Part shown: positions 30,188-38,702 of the stretch, piece by piece | How positions within the stretch are numbered: the first letter of the stretch is position 1 | How the letters are laid out: every line of letters starts with the position of its first letter | Source of the DNA: Candidatus Bathyarchaeota archaeon | GTDB taxonomy: Archaea > Thermoproteota > Bathyarchaeia > Bathyarchaeales > Bathycorpusculaceae | Assembly (NCBI GenBank): GCA_963811105.1 | Contig: CAWEPZ010000002.1 | Location: 224,001 to 288,000 of the forward strand | Direction of reading: 5' to 3' | DNA length: 64,000 nucleotides | Translations under genes and position numbers: made by a program | The notes under the pieces: model-generated | Database searches by the model: none | Told to the model about the DNA's origin: nothing | Seen by the model: only the letters and a program-made list of their open reading frames with translations

Positions 30188-30403
30188 TTGAAGTTCGCAG
30201 TCATCGTTGAAAAAGACGAAGATGGCATTTATGTTGCCACAGTTCCAGACCTTCCCGGCTGTCACACGCAAGCCAAAACTCTTGACCAATTGACTAAACG
30301 CATCAAAGAAGCTATTATTGCTTACCTTGAGGTTGAAGCTGTCAAACCTAAAGAAGGCATAGAGCTTGTCGGTTTACAGCTTGTTGAGGTCACCACTAAT
30401 TGA
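30188..30403 (+). CDS. hicB: HicB-family antitoxin
   Basis: EKDEDGIYVATVPDLPGCHTQAKTLD..IKEAI. Confidence 0.9.
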   Translation: MKFAVIVEKDEDGIYVATVPDLPGCHTQAKTLDQLTKRIKEAIIAYLEVEAVKPKEGIELVGLQLVEVTTN

Positions 30404-30624
30404 GCCTGAGACCACAGCCAGCCAGAAAAGTAATTAAAGCCATATCTGCTCTGGGGTTTGAGGTTGCTAGAAAACATGGCAGCCATGTTGTCATGAAACA
30501 TGCAGACGGCAGGATCACTGTGATTCCGGTTCATGCTAAAGAAAACATTGGCGTGGGTTTACTTTTAAAAATAATGAAAGACGCCAAACTAGAAAGGGAA
30601 GAATTCATAAAGTTACTCGCATAA
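30400..30624 (+). CDS. hicA: HicA-family toxin
   Basis: GFEVARKHGSHVVMKHADGR..VIPVH. Confidence 0.9.
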   Translation: MSLRPQPARKVIKAISALGFEVARKHGSHVVMKHADGRITVIPVHAKENIGVGLLLKIMKDAKLEREEFIKLLA

Positions 30625-30635
30625 TCTGCAACCAC

Positions 30636-30769
30636 CGGTGCCTTAATCTCCAGCGGAATCGGCAAAGAAGCAACAAACGTAGCTGCAGCGCCCGCAACTG
30701 TGCCAGCCAAAACGATTAGGACTTCCTTATTCTCAGATACCTCTATCTCATCAACCAAACAAAATCACC
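30636..30769 (-). repeat. Direct repeat of 29941-30074 (5' part of the small membrane gene)
   Basis: Near-identical ~134 bp flanking hicBA. Confidence 0.9.
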
Positions 30770-31166
30770 TCCAAGAAGCATTAACAGGAAAAATCATTTT
30801 GCGATAAATCATGTTAGTGATGGCAGGTTTCCTGATAAAAGAGACCCGCGGCAAAGCACGCCAATAAAAAAAGATTCTACCGATAAACAACACCTAAAAA
30901 ACAACAGCAAAACAAAAGAAAACTCAGTCAGAAGTTGGATAAAGTTAAGTTTATCAAGCTTTTCATCTAAATTTAGGTTTATGCTTTTTAGGCGTCAGTT
31001 ACTTGAATTGGTGTTTTTCGATGCCTTCTAAGAATTAGCAAAGAAATAAGTACAATTTTCTATGGATAAAAATTAGTTTTTTTGCGATTGATTAACCCAC
31101 TTTTGGATGAAGCGGCAGGCATGTTTCTGAACGCTCACCATCAAAACATTTTTGTTCTGATTAGGA

Positions 31167-31655
31167 TTAACCGAAGATTTCACGGACTTGATGAAGCGTT
31201 GGTAAATTCACGGGCAGATACTCTTTTCCTTTGATTAGTAACCAAGTGCCAAGTCCAATAGCGAAAAATGCTTGGAAAAAGAAGACTTGATAAGAATACA
31301 TCGCATGGTTGGAATGGTCAGTTCTAAAAGAAAAAAACCACAATGCATTCACACAATTTAGCAAGGGATAAAGACCTATAAATGTTAGAATAAAAAAACC
31401 TCCCGAAGCAATCAGAGCATCCACAACTCTTTGTATTTTAGGTTTCCTAAATTTGTTAATAAGCCATAAACCCGCAACCAAAATTAATGAACCAGAAGAA
31501 AAGTAAAGGTTTCGCGTGTTATCGCTAAGGCTGATATTAAACACTATTATGTTACTTAATGCAATGTAAATTAGTTCAGCACCAATAGAAAAAACGAAAA
31601 CGCCTAAGAATCCTAATAATGCATAAAATTTGGCTTTATTATTTAGGTTAATCAA
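31167..31655 (-). CDS. Four-TM membrane protein
   Basis: Hydrophobic ORF. Confidence 0.65.
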   Translation of the reverse strand: MINLNNKAKFYALLGFLGVFVFSIGAELIYIALSNIIVFNISLSDNTRNLYFSSGSLILVAGLWLINKFRKPKIQRVVDALIASGGFFILTFIGLYPLLNCVNALWFFSFRTDHSNHAMYSYQVFFFQAFFAIGLGTWLLIKGKEYLPVNLPTLHQVREIFG

Positions 31656-31677
31656 CTGCTTTTTCCCCTGCTCTAAC

Positions 31678-33045
31678 CTAAGTATAGTTCAAACAGATTA
31701 AAAACTTGTTAGCCAAAAGTTTCTTGACCTTATTATTTTGGCGTTTTCGCTGGCTTCTAAAAAGCAATAGGGAGACCACGATAATTGCTAAGACTGCAGT
31801 GATGGCTATTATGGGAAGCGTTTGAGTTGCAATTGGCGAATTGGTTGGAGTCGGTGTTGGCAATTCAACTGTGAAGTTTACAGTTTGTACGCCCATATTT
31901 CCAAACGTATCATTAGCGTAAATTGATATGTTATGCATGCCGCTTGTCATGTTAGCAATAGTGAAATTACCTGTTACCGTTATGTTCTGTTCTCCATCGA
32001 GACTGTAGCCAGTCCAATTAGCCGTTTTATCGATGCTGAAAATTGCGGGAGCAGCTGATTCATTAAACGTTCGATTTTCGACTGATATAGTTGTTATTCT
32101 TGGCGGAGTAGTGGCAATTGTGTAAAAATCGATAAAAGGCTCTAATAGAGGATAGCGGTCCATGTTCTTTCCATCTATAACATAAGAGACGTTACCTAAC
32201 CCTGAGACATCTATCATTTGGGCATGTGGATATTTTGTCAAGTAATCGCTCCAGTAGTTTCCCCCATCAGGAAAGCCATCATCCCAAACGTTGCTTGCCC
32301 GTGGCAACTCGCCTGAGGCATAGATAGTTATGCCGTCGTAAGCCTGCACAGCATTATCGACGAAATCGTTATGGTAGATTGTGTTGTTGGAGGCTTCCCA
32401 AATAGATATGCCTGTTCCGCCGCCGATTGCAGAGTTTGAGTTTTTTGCGATGTAATTTTTGGTTATCAAGTTGTTTATGGTTTCAAAGCAGATAATTCCA
32501 TTATAGTTATTTGCAATGTGGTTTGCAGTGATGGTGTTTGAGCCTCCGCCTTCAACCATTATGGCAGCGGTCTGCTGGTCAAGGGAGAGAATTCCATTCC
32601 CTGTTTCGGATATTGAGTTATTTGTTACGATAACATTTGAAGCTTGCCAAAGTGAAATTCCCATTACGCTGCCTGTTATCTTGAAGTTTTTAACAGTAAC
32701 GTTTGAAATATATGAAATTCCTGCAGTTGGCGCAGTTGGAAGGGAGCCTATTGTTAGACCGCCGATGCCAATCTCATCGCCTCCGCCTATTATGGAGTGA
32801 CCATTTCCATCTAGAATTATGTCACTTCTTTCAATTGTAACGCTTCCACGTATGTCCCCAGTCAGAGTGTAGGTGTTGCCAATCCATTGGATAGGTACTG
32901 TTGCTGGAGTTATGGTGCCATCACTGTTAATGGTATAGCTGCTATAACCGTTGTACTGGCTTTTGACTGGTTGAAGATAAATTGAGCCTATAACAATCAT
33001 CGACAGAAGAATTAAGGTAAAAATGCTGTTTCTTCTTTTTGCCAT
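31678..33045 (-). CDS. NosD beta-helix + Ig-like surface protein
   Basis: Paralog of 18473-19783; WDDGFPDGGNYWSDY; TM-RSQRKR. Confidence 0.9.
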   Translation of the reverse strand: MAKRRNSIFTLILLSMIVIGSIYLQPVKSQYNGYSSYTINSDGTITPATVPIQWIGNTYTLTGDIRGSVTIERSDIILDGNGHSIIGGGDEIGIGGLTIGSLPTAPTAGISYISNVTVKNFKITGSVMGISLWQASNVIVTNNSISETGNGILSLDQQTAAIMVEGGGSNTITANHIANNYNGIICFETINNLITKNYIAKNSNSAIGGGTGISIWEASNNTIYHNDFVDNAVQAYDGITIYASGELPRASNVWDDGFPDGGNYWSDYLTKYPHAQMIDVSGLGNVSYVIDGKNMDRYPLLEPFIDFYTIATTPPRITTISVENRTFNESAAPAIFSIDKTANWTGYSLDGEQNITVTGNFTIANMTSGMHNISIYANDTFGNMGVQTVNFTVELPTPTPTNSPIATQTLPIIAITAVLAIIVVSLLLFRSQRKRQNNKVKKLLANKFLICLNYT

Positions 33046-33068
33046 GACACAACATTCAAGTTATTTGC

Positions 33069-33123
33069 AATAAAAGACTTCTCGTAAAGGTTTCTTGACT
33101 AATTTTAGTCAAAGTTTCTTGAC
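33069..33123 (-). promoter_or_regulatory. Tandem dyads (8-bp spacer), 7 bp, TATA; right edge of the array
   Basis: Boxes 33084-33099 and 33108-33123; TATA 33069-33076. Confidence 0.85.
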
Positions 33124-33228
33124 TAGGCTGCTTTTGTTTGCGTTTCTTGAAGTACACCAGTAATTCTTTAAGGGCGAGATAGGAAAGTTTGTGATAGCAT
33201 ATATTGTCCAATTTAAGAGTAGAGCAAG

Positions 33229-33903
33229 TTGAAAGACCCAGATAAAATTCAAATACGCGCCGACCTTCACATTCACACAACGTTTTCTAAAGATTCATTG
33301 ATAACGCCGAAAGACCTTGTCTACTATGCCAAAAAACGTGGGTTAAACGCTGTAGCCGTCACAGACCATAATTATTTGGAAGGCGCTTACAAAATCGCTA
33401 AAGAAACCGACTTCCTAATAATTCCAGGCATGGAAGTATCTAGCGCTGACGGGCACATCGTTGCTCTAAACGTGAAGGAGCTTATTCCGCGGGGTTTAAG
33501 TGCACCTGAAACTGTTGAGCGGATTCATAATGCAGGCGGCGTTGCAATTGCATGTCACCCCTTCGTGTACTTTAAAGGCTGCTTAAAAGAAAACGTCTGC
33601 TCAACATTTGACGCTATAGAAGTCATAAACGCGCGAGCTTTCCCATTTAAACGTAGCATAAGAAAAGCAGAGGAAACTGCTGAAAGACTGGGGCTGTCGC
33701 GGGTGGCGGGAACTGACTCACATTATGGTCCCCAAATTGGTTGTGCTTACACAGTTATTGAGGCTGATGAACCAAGCGTTGAGGCTGTCGCCAGAGCCAT
33801 AGTGGAGGGCAAATGCCAGCCTTTCGGTAAAGCCGTCCCCATTACCCAAAACATTGCATTAGAATATCATAGAATCTTAAGGATGCTTAAAAAAACGAGT
33901 TGA
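33229..33903 (+). CDS. PHP-domain metallophosphoesterase
   Basis: DLHIHT..S.D, VTDHN, CHPF, GTDSH. Confidence 0.9.
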   Translation: MKDPDKIQIRADLHIHTTFSKDSLITPKDLVYYAKKRGLNAVAVTDHNYLEGAYKIAKETDFLIIPGMEVSSADGHIVALNVKELIPRGLSAPETVERIHNAGGVAIACHPFVYFKGCLKENVCSTFDAIEVINARAFPFKRSIRKAEETAERLGLSRVAGTDSHYGPQIGCAYTVIEADEPSVEAVARAIVEGKCQPFGKAVPITQNIALEYHRILRMLKKTS

Positions 33904-34068
33904 TCGCTAAGCTGCTGTTACGACTCTGCAGCTTTGGAAGCTAAGCTCTGTGCTTTTCCGTAATAGCGTAAACTCTTTTTAGCTGCTCTCTCCATTATTT
34001 CTCTTCCTAATAGGGGTCCCTGAAAAATCACATCAACAACTGAAACCAGCGGTAAACCCAAATCCGAT

Positions 34069-35682
34069 ATGGCAGTCCCGGTGTTCGTGATGAAACATCG
34101 GTATGCACTGGCATTGCTGGTTTTTTTAGCTGTCTACGCTTTTTTCGCGTTGTACAATTTGGGCTTTGCAACGATTCAGTGGGATGAAATGCCCCACTTA
34201 TACGGCGGATTACTATTAACCCGCGGGCAAACATCAGAGTACCTGTCAACTTATGGCTTCTACCCGCCGCTCTTCGACATAGTCACAACAGGTTACTTTC
34301 AAATCTTCGGCGTAAACGCCGTGGCAGGAAGACTGGTATCATTAACTTTTTCTTTATTATCAATTGGCGTTTTGTTTGCGTTCACTAAACGAATTTATGG
34401 TGCTAAAAACGCGTTGATTGCAGGCATCTTACTGGGCACAATGCCTGGGTTCTTTTCGCTTTCAAGGGTAAGCATGCTTGAAACGATGCTTATTTTTTTC
34501 TTTACACTGTTAATGTTCTCATTTTATACTTGGATAAGCAAGAATAGCAATAAAGCTCTAGTTTTTAGTGGATTAGCCTTAGGCATAGGCATCTTGGCAA
34601 AGTATCAGATCGTGGTCGCTGCTATCGCTATGGTCTTTAGTCTTCTGTTCCTTTGTAGAGAAAGGCTAAAGATTAGCTTGCGGAGGCTTCTGCTGATTTT
34701 CGCAATTGTTGCGTTGGTTGTGACACCTTGGTTATTGATGGTTTACCAAACAAGTGGTACAACAAATTTCCAAAGCCTTGCATATGTCATACAGGAAGGT
34801 TCACCTCAACGTCCAGAATACAGCAACCGATTCTTTTTGCCCGTTTTCTACTTGATTGAAATGACCTGGCCCTTCAACAGTGCTCCGACTCATCCGATAG
34901 CTTTGCCGATTATGATTTTAGGATTATGCGGCTTGGCGCTGTTTGCTTACAGAAGAAGAAACCCCGACATCTTCCTGATCACTTGGTTTGCAGTCGTCTA
35001 TGTGTTTTTTACGTTTGTTCCGCATAGAGAATGGCGGTATGTAGACCCGCTTTTCACAATTTTGGCTATCTCAGCGGCAGGTTTCGTCCTTTTTCTCTAC
35101 GGTCAAATCCGCAATTGGAAACCTAAGCAGATTGGTTACGGCGGAGATGGTTTGAAAAAGCTTCTTGCTGCACTTTTCATTTTTCTTATGGTAACAACGG
35201 TTGTTTACAGCAGTTACAACGTTTATGAAATGAATTTCGAGGGCCAATACCACATTCCCATAGACCAAGCCACAAGCTATCTAGTAACCCATTTAAGCCA
35301 AAATCAGTCGGCGGTTGTTGTTTGCGCTTCAAACGTTTTAAACCAAGATATGTTCAGGTTCTATCTGCCAGCAAACATGTCAAAATATCAAGTTTGGCAA
35401 TATCCTGAGCATCCCATTGATGCCTACACTCCAAACTTCAACATAACAGAATTTGTCAACCTGTGCGAGCAACACAACGTTAAATACATAATTCTCTTTG
35501 ACTATGGCATTCATATGCAATTCTTCAATAGCACCCTAGACTACACCCAAGTGGAAACTATGATTTACAATTCTGGCAGGTTTGGAGTCCCAACTGACCA
35601 GCCATTCTTCGGAGACTTCGCAAACAACAAGGGTTACAGAATTTTCCTCGTCCGATTCAACCAAACCCAACTGAGCCTTTAG
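34069..35682 (+). CDS. GT-C fold glycosyltransferase (ArnT/PMT-like)
   Basis: WDE, YPPLF, multiple TMs, LAKY, EWRY. Confidence 0.85.
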   Translation: MAVPVFVMKHRYALALLVFLAVYAFFALYNLGFATIQWDEMPHLYGGLLLTRGQTSEYLSTYGFYPPLFDIVTTGYFQIFGVNAVAGRLVSLTFSLLSIGVLFAFTKRIYGAKNALIAGILLGTMPGFFSLSRVSMLETMLIFFFTLLMFSFYTWISKNSNKALVFSGLALGIGILAKYQIVVAAIAMVFSLLFLCRERLKISLRRLLLIFAIVALVVTPWLLMVYQTSGTTNFQSLAYVIQEGSPQRPEYSNRFFLPVFYLIEMTWPFNSAPTHPIALPIMILGLCGLALFAYRRRNPDIFLITWFAVVYVFFTFVPHREWRYVDPLFTILAISAAGFVLFLYGQIRNWKPKQIGYGGDGLKKLLAALFIFLMVTTVVYSSYNVYEMNFEGQYHIPIDQATSYLVTHLSQNQSAVVVCASNVLNQDMFRFYLPANMSKYQVWQYPEHPIDAYTPNFNITEFVNLCEQHNVKYIILFDYGIHMQFFNSTLDYTQVETMIYNSGRFGVPTDQPFFGDFANNKGYRIFLVRFNQTQLSL

Positions 35683-36122
35683 CACTCTAAGAATTCAAAG
35701 CCCGTGGCCTTATCTTTCTCTCTTTTAGCCGCGGAACCAGCCAACTCCAAAATCACAACTTCACCTATCTGCCAAACCTCAATACCCATGCGTACGCAGC
35801 CTGTAACTGCGTTGTCATTTCTTCCAAAGCTTGCATGCATATGCAGTTTGGGCTTGCCCTGATCATCATGAAAAATTGTTCCTACACCGCAGCCTTCGTG
35901 TACTCCTTTTAGAAGTGTAACCATTGGTTGAGGAGGCATGGCTTTTCCATCTTTGGGTCCAACAACAACTTTGCTTTTGTCTTCTGCACCGCCCAAAAAG
36001 AAACATAGCGCACTCAAAACCAGTTTTTCTGCAGCGAATTTTTCTATTACTTCATGGAGCACTTCTCCTTGATGCAGCCGCAGGATGAAGATTCTTCCAA
36101 GTTTTGCTTCGGTAAACTCCAA
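35679..36122 (-). CDS. PPC/DUF296 domain protein
   Basis: RLHQGE, GVGTI, LHMHASFG. Confidence 0.85.
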   Translation of the reverse strand: MEFTEAKLGRIFILRLHQGEVLHEVIEKFAAEKLVLSALCFFLGGAEDKSKVVVGPKDGKAMPPQPMVTLLKGVHEGCGVGTIFHDDQGKPKLHMHASFGRNDNAVTGCVRMGIEVWQIGEVVILELAGSAAKREKDKATGFEFLEC

Positions 36123-36159
36123 AGTTTAGCCTTCCTTTAACGGTTGGAAAGTTTGCGGA

Positions 36160-37560
36160 TTAGGTATTAAAGATTGGCTTCTTATTTTGAGCTATTTTAA
36201 CGTTTTTTGCTTCAATCCATCGATTCATCTGCTTGAAGACTACGGCAAGTTTGCGTCTGCTCATCCAAAGGAGCCCAGACAGCAAAACTGTGAAGCCCAC
36301 ATATTGGAGGTTCATGAGGAGGCTGGTTTGGCTGATTGGCGCGTGATTAAAAAGCGAGTAGCCCACATCTTGGTCAATGTTGGCTTTAAACAGTAAATAA
36401 TCTGATAGGGAGAGTTGATGAGCTGAAGAGACGCTTGTAAGAATAGTGCCAACTAGCAGCAATGTCGCTATAGCACCTGTTGTAAAGATAATTTTTGTGT
36501 TTATCCGTGACTTGAGAAGTGACAAGCTTTTGCTTGCCAACGATGCGGCAATTAGACAGAAGAACGGCAAAGCCAAGTAATCATACTTTATAGCATTGTT
36601 GTAGGGTGCTTTCAGGTTTAAACCAGCCCCCAAATAAACATCTATCAATAAAATCGGCACAATTGCCCCTAAAGCAATCAGGTCAAAAGCAATAATTTTC
36701 GAAAACTGCTTCCTAAACGAAAACAAAACCAACAGCGAGAAAGCTGTTGCAGTTACAAAGAAGATTCCTAAGCCGTAATTCCAAAGGAAAGTTCCAACAA
36801 ATGAGTATGTGGGAACTACTCCTGCATAGTTGAGGTCGCTAAAGTCGCTGTGGCCAAACATGTACAAGACTCCTTTGCCTAGTAAGACTTGGTACCACAA
36901 GAAAGAAAACAACAACGGTGGCAATATGAAAGCAATTAGCTGACTTAACAGGCGTTTGGGGTTTTTGGGTTTGGAATAGATATAAAAAAGCATCAGGGGG
37001 ACAAGGATGAAGGCGGCGAAGTATTTTGTTAATAATGCGGCTGCAAAGAAAGCTCCTGAAACCAAGGAAAGCTTGACGGAATCTTTGCGGATGGCTCGGA
37101 TTCCAGCATATAGGCAGGCCAGGCTGAGGAATAGACATTGAGCGTCTATGAGGAAGCTTCTTGAAAGAACAAGCTCCCACGGGCTTAAAGCAAAAAGTGC
37201 AGCTGCCAATAAACCAGTTGGTTTGCCATACAACTCCTTGCCAAGTTTGTAAACTAAAATGGAGCTTCCAAGCCCTATCAACGTTACCAAGAATGTGCCG
37301 TTTTGGATTGATGGACCAAAGATTTTGAAGAACAATGCTTCAACGTAGAACCCCAAGGGCGGCTGGTTGATTAGGTTACCAACATTATTGACATAAGGCA
37401 TGCCCCATTTGATTACGCCAATTGCAGCCTGATACTCCCAATCTGTGTCTCCGTTTTGAAATGGACCTATCGAAAGTGAAACAAGCGTAATCCCGACTAG
37501 AATTGCGAGAATGGTGTAATTTTCACTTAGAAGTTTCTTAATGTCATCCTTGTCAAACAT
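36160..37560 (-). CDS. GT-C fold glycosyltransferase (ArnT/PMT-like)
   Basis: NQPPLGFY, ALSPW, ALLTKY, multiple TMs. Confidence 0.85.
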   Translation of the reverse strand: MFDKDDIKKLLSENYTILAILVGITLVSLSIGPFQNGDTDWEYQAAIGVIKWGMPYVNNVGNLINQPPLGFYVEALFFKIFGPSIQNGTFLVTLIGLGSSILVYKLGKELYGKPTGLLAAALFALSPWELVLSRSFLIDAQCLFLSLACLYAGIRAIRKDSVKLSLVSGAFFAAALLTKYFAAFILVPLMLFYIYSKPKNPKRLLSQLIAFILPPLLFSFLWYQVLLGKGVLYMFGHSDFSDLNYAGVVPTYSFVGTFLWNYGLGIFFVTATAFSLLVLFSFRKQFSKIIAFDLIALGAIVPILLIDVYLGAGLNLKAPYNNAIKYDYLALPFFCLIAASLASKSLSLLKSRINTKIIFTTGAIATLLLVGTILTSVSSAHQLSLSDYLLFKANIDQDVGYSLFNHAPISQTSLLMNLQYVGFTVLLSGLLWMSRRKLAVVFKQMNRWIEAKNVKIAQNKKPIFNT

Positions 37561-37739
37561 AGGTACTCAATTTGCCCATTCAGATAATTGGAGTATGATT
37601 ATCTCCAATGGGACTGCCTGTTATCTTTTGGATGTATTAAGTATAAAACTTTCCACTTACGCCCATTATCCGAGAAGGAGATATCTGCTTCAGTTTAAGA
37701 AAACTGAAGAGTATGCAAATGCTTGTTATTTAGCAATTG

Positions 37740-37889
37740 CTAAACACGGTTTAAGTAGAGAATTCGTTTTGCGTCTTCTTTTCTTTTTTGCGTGGACACA
37801 TTTGTTTTGCTGACTTCTGTGGTTATTACTGCGTTTTCGACAGTTGTCTGGCACTCTGAACTATGTCCCGCTTTGTTTTTCTGTGGCAT
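37740..37889 (-). CDS. Small hypothetical protein (49 aa)
   Basis: GAGGT RBS then MPQKNKAGH...LNRV*. Confidence 0.35.
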   Translation of the reverse strand: MPQKNKAGHSSECQTTVENAVITTEVSKTNVSTQKRKEDAKRILYLNRV

Positions 37890-38041
37890 ATTTTCAACCT
37901 CTTGAAGAGTCCAGTCAAGTATTAGAGTACCTTATAAATGTTATCACGCTTGAAACGCAAAATTGCAAACTTATTATATTAGAAAAGTAGTTATTAGCAA
38001 AATTAATTTTGAATATTGATTAATATCAAATCCACTTTCAA

Positions 38042-38671
38042 TTAGTGTCTGAAACGGTCATTTCGCCAAACATCCGCGCCGTCACTGTAACCTCGTCGCT
38101 CCCAAAAGCCCAACTCTTTGGCTCGAGTAAACCGCAAACGTACCAGCCACAACGCACTCTTATAGGCGTACTTACTTGGAACAATAAGGCGCACAGGAAA
38201 ACCCAACCCCTCATCCAGTGGTTTATCATTAAGCTTGTAAGCTAAGAGCACGTCTTCAACAGAGAGTTCCTCGCGGAAAAGCGAAGTGGTATACGAGTCA
38301 GCGCATTCGAAAGTTACGGCTCTAGCAACTTCTTTAGGTTTAACTAGCTTCTCAATCTCTCGGATGTGCACTCCTTCCCACTTGCAATCTAAAACGCTCC
38401 ACCCCTCAACACAGTGAAAATCGCTGGTTGAGACCGTTTTACCCAGCTTCATAAAGCCATTCCAGTTAAGCGTAACTGGGTTTTCAACTTCTCCATCAAC
38501 GGTTAATGTGTATGTTTCAAGTTTGAGCTTTGGATTAGTTGAGGTTATACCCGGATGGTCAGTACCCCAGCTTAAAATATGATCTGTAGCCCGTTGGTTT
38601 GGCGGCAGTTTTTTTTTCGTCGGCTGGTCAATAGACAAAGATTTAACCCAAACATAGAAGTGGGTTTGCAT
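38042..38671 (-). CDS. Molybdopterin-dependent oxidoreductase (sulfite oxidase family)
   Basis: DFHCVEGWS, WEGV, GFPVRLIVP.KYAYKS, GFWERRGY. Confidence 0.9.
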   Translation of the reverse strand: MQTHFYVWVKSLSIDQPTKKKLPPNQRATDHILSWGTDHPGITSTNPKLKLETYTLTVDGEVENPVTLNWNGFMKLGKTVSTSDFHCVEGWSVLDCKWEGVHIREIEKLVKPKEVARAVTFECADSYTTSLFREELSVEDVLLAYKLNDKPLDEGLGFPVRLIVPSKYAYKSALWLVRLRFTRAKELGFWERRGYSDGADVWRNDRFRH

Positions 38672-38702
38672 AGAAAAAAAGTTTGCTTTTAGATAACTCA
38701 GT

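Noticed and set aside
18473-33045. Paralogous NosD genes as a diversity-generating retroelement template/target pair
   Set aside because: No reverse transcriptase, and differences are spread along the genes rather than adenine-specific.
9532-33123. Dyad repeats read as a CRISPR array
   Set aside because: Copies are separated by whole genes (0.4-7 kb) rather than 30-45-bp spacers, they are degenerate, and no cas genes are present.
9532-33123. Dyads read as canonical integron attC sites
   Set aside because: No consistent RYYYAAC...GTTRRRY ends or long bottom-strand hairpin, no intI in the window, and the units carry their own promoters.
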